Positions 61,045 to 64,000 of a stretch of 64,000 nucleotides of DNA are shown in pieces. How positions within the stretch are numbered: position 1 is the first letter of the stretch; the number at the start of each line of letters is the position of its first letter. The position numbers were made by a program, and so were the translations under genes. The notes under the pieces are model-generated. The model ran no database searches. It was not told where the DNA came from and worked only from the letters and a program-made list of their open reading frames with translations. The stretch spans positions 246,222 to 310,221 of the forward strand of contig CAWAKE010000009.1 in assembly GCA_963782535.1 (NCBI GenBank). Direction: 5' to 3'. The stretch is from an uncultured delta proteobacterium. GTDB taxonomy: Bacteria > Desulfobacterota > Binatia > Binatales > Binataceae.

Positions 61045-62094
61045 ATGAAAGTCACTTTCGCGGTTAGTATCGACCCGGGCGGGCCACTTATCAGTCGCGC
61101 TGATGTTGACCGCTACTTCGACCTGGTGAAGATGGCTGAAGACTACGGCGCAGTAGCGATCGGCACGTACGATTCGGCCTTTATCGGCGGCGACGCTTTC
61201 GTCAGGGCGACCCTGATCGCGCAAGCTTCGTCACGCGCTCGAGTGGGCTTGCGGCCGACCAATCCAATCACGCGCGAGCCTCAAGTGATGGCGTCGTTTC
61301 TGGCGTCGATCGACAGCCTCACGGACGGACGCGCGTTCATGGATATAGCGAGCGGCGACAGCGCCGTGCTCAATATTGGCTATAAAATCGCGTCGCGTGC
61401 ACGTATCGAAGAGTACATAACCTGCGTACGCGATTTGCTGGCGAAAGGAGAAGCCACTTATCGCAACCGTCCGCAGCGGGTTCGCTGGAGCGGCACCGCG
61501 GTGCGCAATCGAGTGCCGATTTCGATCTGCGCCGAAGGACCCAAAATGCTGCATCTGGCCGGGCGAGTCGGCGACGGCGTGATAGCCGGGACCGGGCTTT
61601 CCCCGGAGGTGATAGCGGATACGATTGCGAGAGTCGAGGCTGGCGCGCGTGCGGCCGAACGCGACCCGGCGGAGGTCGATATCTGGTTCACGACGCGAAC
61701 CTCGCTGCATGAGGATCGTGATCGCGCGATCGAGAATGTAAAGGCGTCGGTGTCGTCGATACTCAATCACTCGATGCGCTACAGCCTGGAGGGCAAGTGC
61801 GTACCGCCCGATTTGAGTTCCAAAATACAGGCCTATGTCGATGGTTATGTACTTTACGATCACGTATTGCAGGCGGGGCAGAATCCGCGGCGGATGGATG
61901 AACTCGGACTGACCGATTATGCGATTCGGCGTTTTGCGCTGGCCGGGAACGCGAGCGACTGGATATCGCGTATCGAAGAAGTTGCACAAGCGGGCGCTTT
62001 TCAGTTGTGGGTAAGCCCGGGAAGGGGCCGGCTCGAACGCCAGTTGCATTACATGCGGATTCTGGGCGGTGAGGTAATGGCGCATTTTGTCTGA
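61045..62094 (+). CDS. LLM-class F420-dependent oxidoreductase
   Basis: 349 aa; MKVTFAVSIDPGGP.., VAIGTYDSAFIGGDAF, ICAEGPKMLHLAGRVGDGVI typical of F420-type (MER-like) luciferase-like reductases. Confidence 0.75.
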   Translation: MKVTFAVSIDPGGPLISRADVDRYFDLVKMAEDYGAVAIGTYDSAFIGGDAFVRATLIAQASSRARVGLRPTNPITREPQVMASFLASIDSLTDGRAFMDIASGDSAVLNIGYKIASRARIEEYITCVRDLLAKGEATYRNRPQRVRWSGTAVRNRVPISICAEGPKMLHLAGRVGDGVIAGTGLSPEVIADTIARVEAGARAAERDPAEVDIWFTTRTSLHEDRDRAIENVKASVSSILNHSMRYSLEGKCVPPDLSSKIQAYVDGYVLYDHVLQAGQNPRRMDELGLTDYAIRRFALAGNASDWISRIEEVAQAGAFQLWVSPGRGRLERQLHYMRILGGEVMAHFV

Positions 62095-62174
62095 CAGCAG
62101 GCACACTGCGACATCGTCCGCATTGCGGAGCATAATCGAAGATTCTCGGCACAACCGATACTGAGGTGCATTAG

Positions 62175-62690
62175 ATGTCACGTGGGCTTAGCTTTATCTT
62201 CGGTGTCATCACGACGATCGTAGTTTTAATTGCGGGCACGATTCTGTTCGTCAAAGGCGGGGGATTTCCCATGGCAACCTCTGCGCCGCCGCTTCCATTC
62301 GAAGCGACGCTCGCCGACATGGCGCTGCACGCGAGCATCGGTGACGCAGCGGCTCAGAAGAATCCGCTGCCGATGAACGAGAGCAACCTGCTGGCCGGCG
62401 CGCAGGTTTTCAAAGAGCATTGCGCAGGATGCCACGGCATGCCGGGCAATCCGCCCACGGCGATGTCAAAAGAAATGTTCCCGCTGCCGCCGCAATTGTT
62501 TACGCCGGACGAAATGGTAACCGACGATCCCGAAGGTGAGACCTTCTGGAAAGTGACTAATGGGATTCGGCTTTCCGGCATGCCGGGATTTGGCTCGACG
62601 CTACCGGAAAACCAACGCTGGCAGGTGACGATGCTGGTGGCGCATGCGGACAATCTACCGCCACCGGTGAAGTCGGCGCTCAGCCATTAA
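62175..62690 (+). CDS. membrane-anchored monohaem c-type cytochrome
   Basis: N-terminal TM anchor GLSFIFGVITTIVVLIAGTILFV, haem-binding CAGCHG, distal Met candidates (..IRLSGMPGFG..). Confidence 0.75.
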   Translation: MSRGLSFIFGVITTIVVLIAGTILFVKGGGFPMATSAPPLPFEATLADMALHASIGDAAAQKNPLPMNESNLLAGAQVFKEHCAGCHGMPGNPPTAMSKEMFPLPPQLFTPDEMVTDDPEGETFWKVTNGIRLSGMPGFGSTLPENQRWQVTMLVAHADNLPPPVKSALSH

Positions 62691-62743
62691 CCGGCGGCCG
62701 AGCGCGCCGACCGACTAATAGCCCGCGCGCGATTGCCACCCCT

Positions 62744-63199
62744 TTACTCATTGAACGGTTCGATCAGTTCGAGAAATGTACCGTCGGGATCCTTGAAGCA
62801 GAAAAACTTCGCTCCGGCCTTGTTGCGAAACCGGATTTCGACCGGCTCCGAAACCATCGTAACGCCGGCCGCCTTGAGGCGCTTATATTCATCGTCGATG
62901 TTTTTCGTGAACAGCGCTATGCGCGCGATCCCGGTGTGATACAGATGCGGCGGCGCCTCGCCTTCGGTCTTGGGCTTCTTCCATTCGATCAAATCGATGC
63001 GGGTTGCGCGCGGATCATCGCTCAAAGCCAATAACGCCGCGCGCGCGACGCTGTTGGGGATGTTGAGGCCGACGTCGTTGCCGGGGTTCGGACCCTCGCC
63101 GATGTCGAGGATCACCTTGAATCCCACGGTCTCATAGAAGGCAAGTGAGCGATCGAAATCGGTCACATTAATGTTGACGTGAAAGATTGACTTGATCAT
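62744..63199 (-). CDS. VOC-family (glyoxalase/bleomycin-resistance/extradiol-dioxygenase fold) protein
   Basis: Trimmed to MIKSIFHVNINVTDFDRSLAFYETVGFKV. C-terminal second betaalphabetabetabeta unit (..HTGIARIALFTKNIDDEYKRLKAAGVTMV..). Confidence 0.7.
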   Translation of the reverse strand: MIKSIFHVNINVTDFDRSLAFYETVGFKVILDIGEGPNPGNDVGLNIPNSVARAALLALSDDPRATRIDLIEWKKPKTEGEAPPHLYHTGIARIALFTKNIDDEYKRLKAAGVTMVSEPVEIRFRNKAGAKFFCFKDPDGTFLELIEPFNE

Positions 63200-63323
63200 G
63201 GCGTATGCTCCCTGGGTTATGCGCTTTGCAATATAGCGCTGTTCGAGCAATACCATAATCCGGCGATGACTCGTTATCGGTTACGGGCGATGGGTAATTC
63301 ACTCGCATCGAGCGAGCCGTAGC

Positions 63324-64000
63324 TCATAATCGGGCGGATTCCGGTTCTGCCAGTCGGCGATCCGATTGATCCGGAGTGCGCCACATGATCCATCCGAGCA
63401 GCAGCAGCGCCGGCACCGTGGCAACGGTGGTGAGCAGAAAGAACGGTACCCAGCCCAGGCGGTCGGCGAGGACTCCGCTCGATGATGCGATCAGCGTGCG
63501 GCCGACGGCGGCGAGAGATGAGAGCAATGCGTACTGGGTTGCGGTAAAGGCCGGCGAGCACAGGCTCGATAGATAGGCTATCAGTGCGGCGCCCGCCATC
63601 GCGCCGCTGAGGTTTTCGGCGGCGACGCACAGCGCTAGATAGTCGAGTCGATGGCCGCCGACGGCCTGCAATACGTAAAACAGATTACCGGCGGATTGCA
63701 GGATCCCGCACAGAATCAGCGCGCGCATCATGCCGAAGCGCACCGTCACGACGCCACCGATGATAGCGCCGACGATCGTGGCGCAAAAGCCGACCAGTTT
63801 GGAGATCGCCGCAATCTCGGCAAGCGAATAGCCGAGGGCGATATACAGCGGCATCGCCATCACGCCCGCCATCGCTTCGCCGAGTTTGTAGCCAACGATG
63901 AATATCAGAATCGCGAGCCATTGCGGGCGGTGCATGAAATCGGCGAACGGCGCGACCACGGCGGTCGCAAACCAATGCTCCAGCCCGCCAGCTTCACCCG
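63324..64000 (-). CDS. MFS transporter (AmpG-like), N-terminus beyond window edge
   Basis: Seven hydrophobic helices in 211 aa with an MFS loop motif (..RFGMMRALI..). The reading frame stays open to the end of the window, so the gene is truncated here. Confidence 0.6.
   Translation of the reverse strand, partial: GEAGGLEHWFATAVVAPFADFMHRPQWLAILIFIVGYKLGEAMAGVMAMPLYIALGYSLAEIAAISKLVGFCATIVGAIIGGVVTVRFGMMRALILCGILQSAGNLFYVLQAVGGHRLDYLALCVAAENLSGAMAGAALIAYLSSLCSPAFTATQYALLSSLAAVGRTLIASSSGVLADRLGWVPFFLLTTVATVPALLLLGWIMWRTPDQSDRRLAEPESARL

Noticed and set aside
61231-62181. 316-aa minus-strand ORF
   Set aside because: Antisense to the LLM gene 61045..62094.

Overview
The window is high-GC DNA (roughly 62-66% outside a few AT-richer patches) from a Gram-negative-type bacterium. 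The cell-envelope evidence is an OpgC-like protein, lipoproteins, an RND/MMPL exporter and an outer-membrane beta-barrel. It is densely packed with oxidative catabolic genes and has almost no regulators.

Genes called:
- Nine luciferase-like (LLM) flavin/F420-type oxidoreductases.
- Three intact acyl-CoA dehydrogenases plus one frameshifted ACAD-like flavin monooxygenase.
- Three enoyl-CoA hydratases.
- An HMG-CoA-lyase-like enzyme and a 3-hydroxyisobutyrate-dehydrogenase-like enzyme.
- A Baeyer-Villiger monooxygenase and an MBL-fold lactonase.
- A limonene-1,2-epoxide-hydrolase (LimA-like) protein with the WRDYFDL motif.
- Two carboxymuconolactone-decarboxylase-family proteins.
- Two Rieske ring-hydroxylating dioxygenase alpha/beta pairs, one of them in a complete upper-pathway operon with an SDR dihydrodiol dehydrogenase, an amidohydrolase and a LigB-type extradiol dioxygenase.

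Together this reads as an alicyclic/terpenoid (Lim-like) plus aromatic degradation supercluster.

Housekeeping genes flank it: lpdA, rnhB, an RNB ribonuclease, a PPi-type phosphofructokinase and tRNA-Leu(TAA).

The 3' third contains a lower-GC accessory segment. It carries an arsenic module (arsR, acr3, an ArsI/CadI-like VOC protein with a vicinal Cys pair, and a small SAM methyltransferase). Next to it is a small orphan ORF and two adjacent insertion sequences: an IS5-family element with a perfect 4-bp TTAG target duplication, and an IS1182-family element with 21-bp imperfect inverted repeats.

Two decayed genes are visible. One is an ACAD-like monooxygenase broken by a single-base loss in a poly-G run. 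The other is a catalase remnant with an internal in-frame deletion and no 5' half.

I found no CRISPR array, no obvious phage genes and no recognisable defence system.

Coordinates taken from the supplied ORF track are exact. Trimmed starts and non-coding features were counted by hand and may be off by 1 nt.
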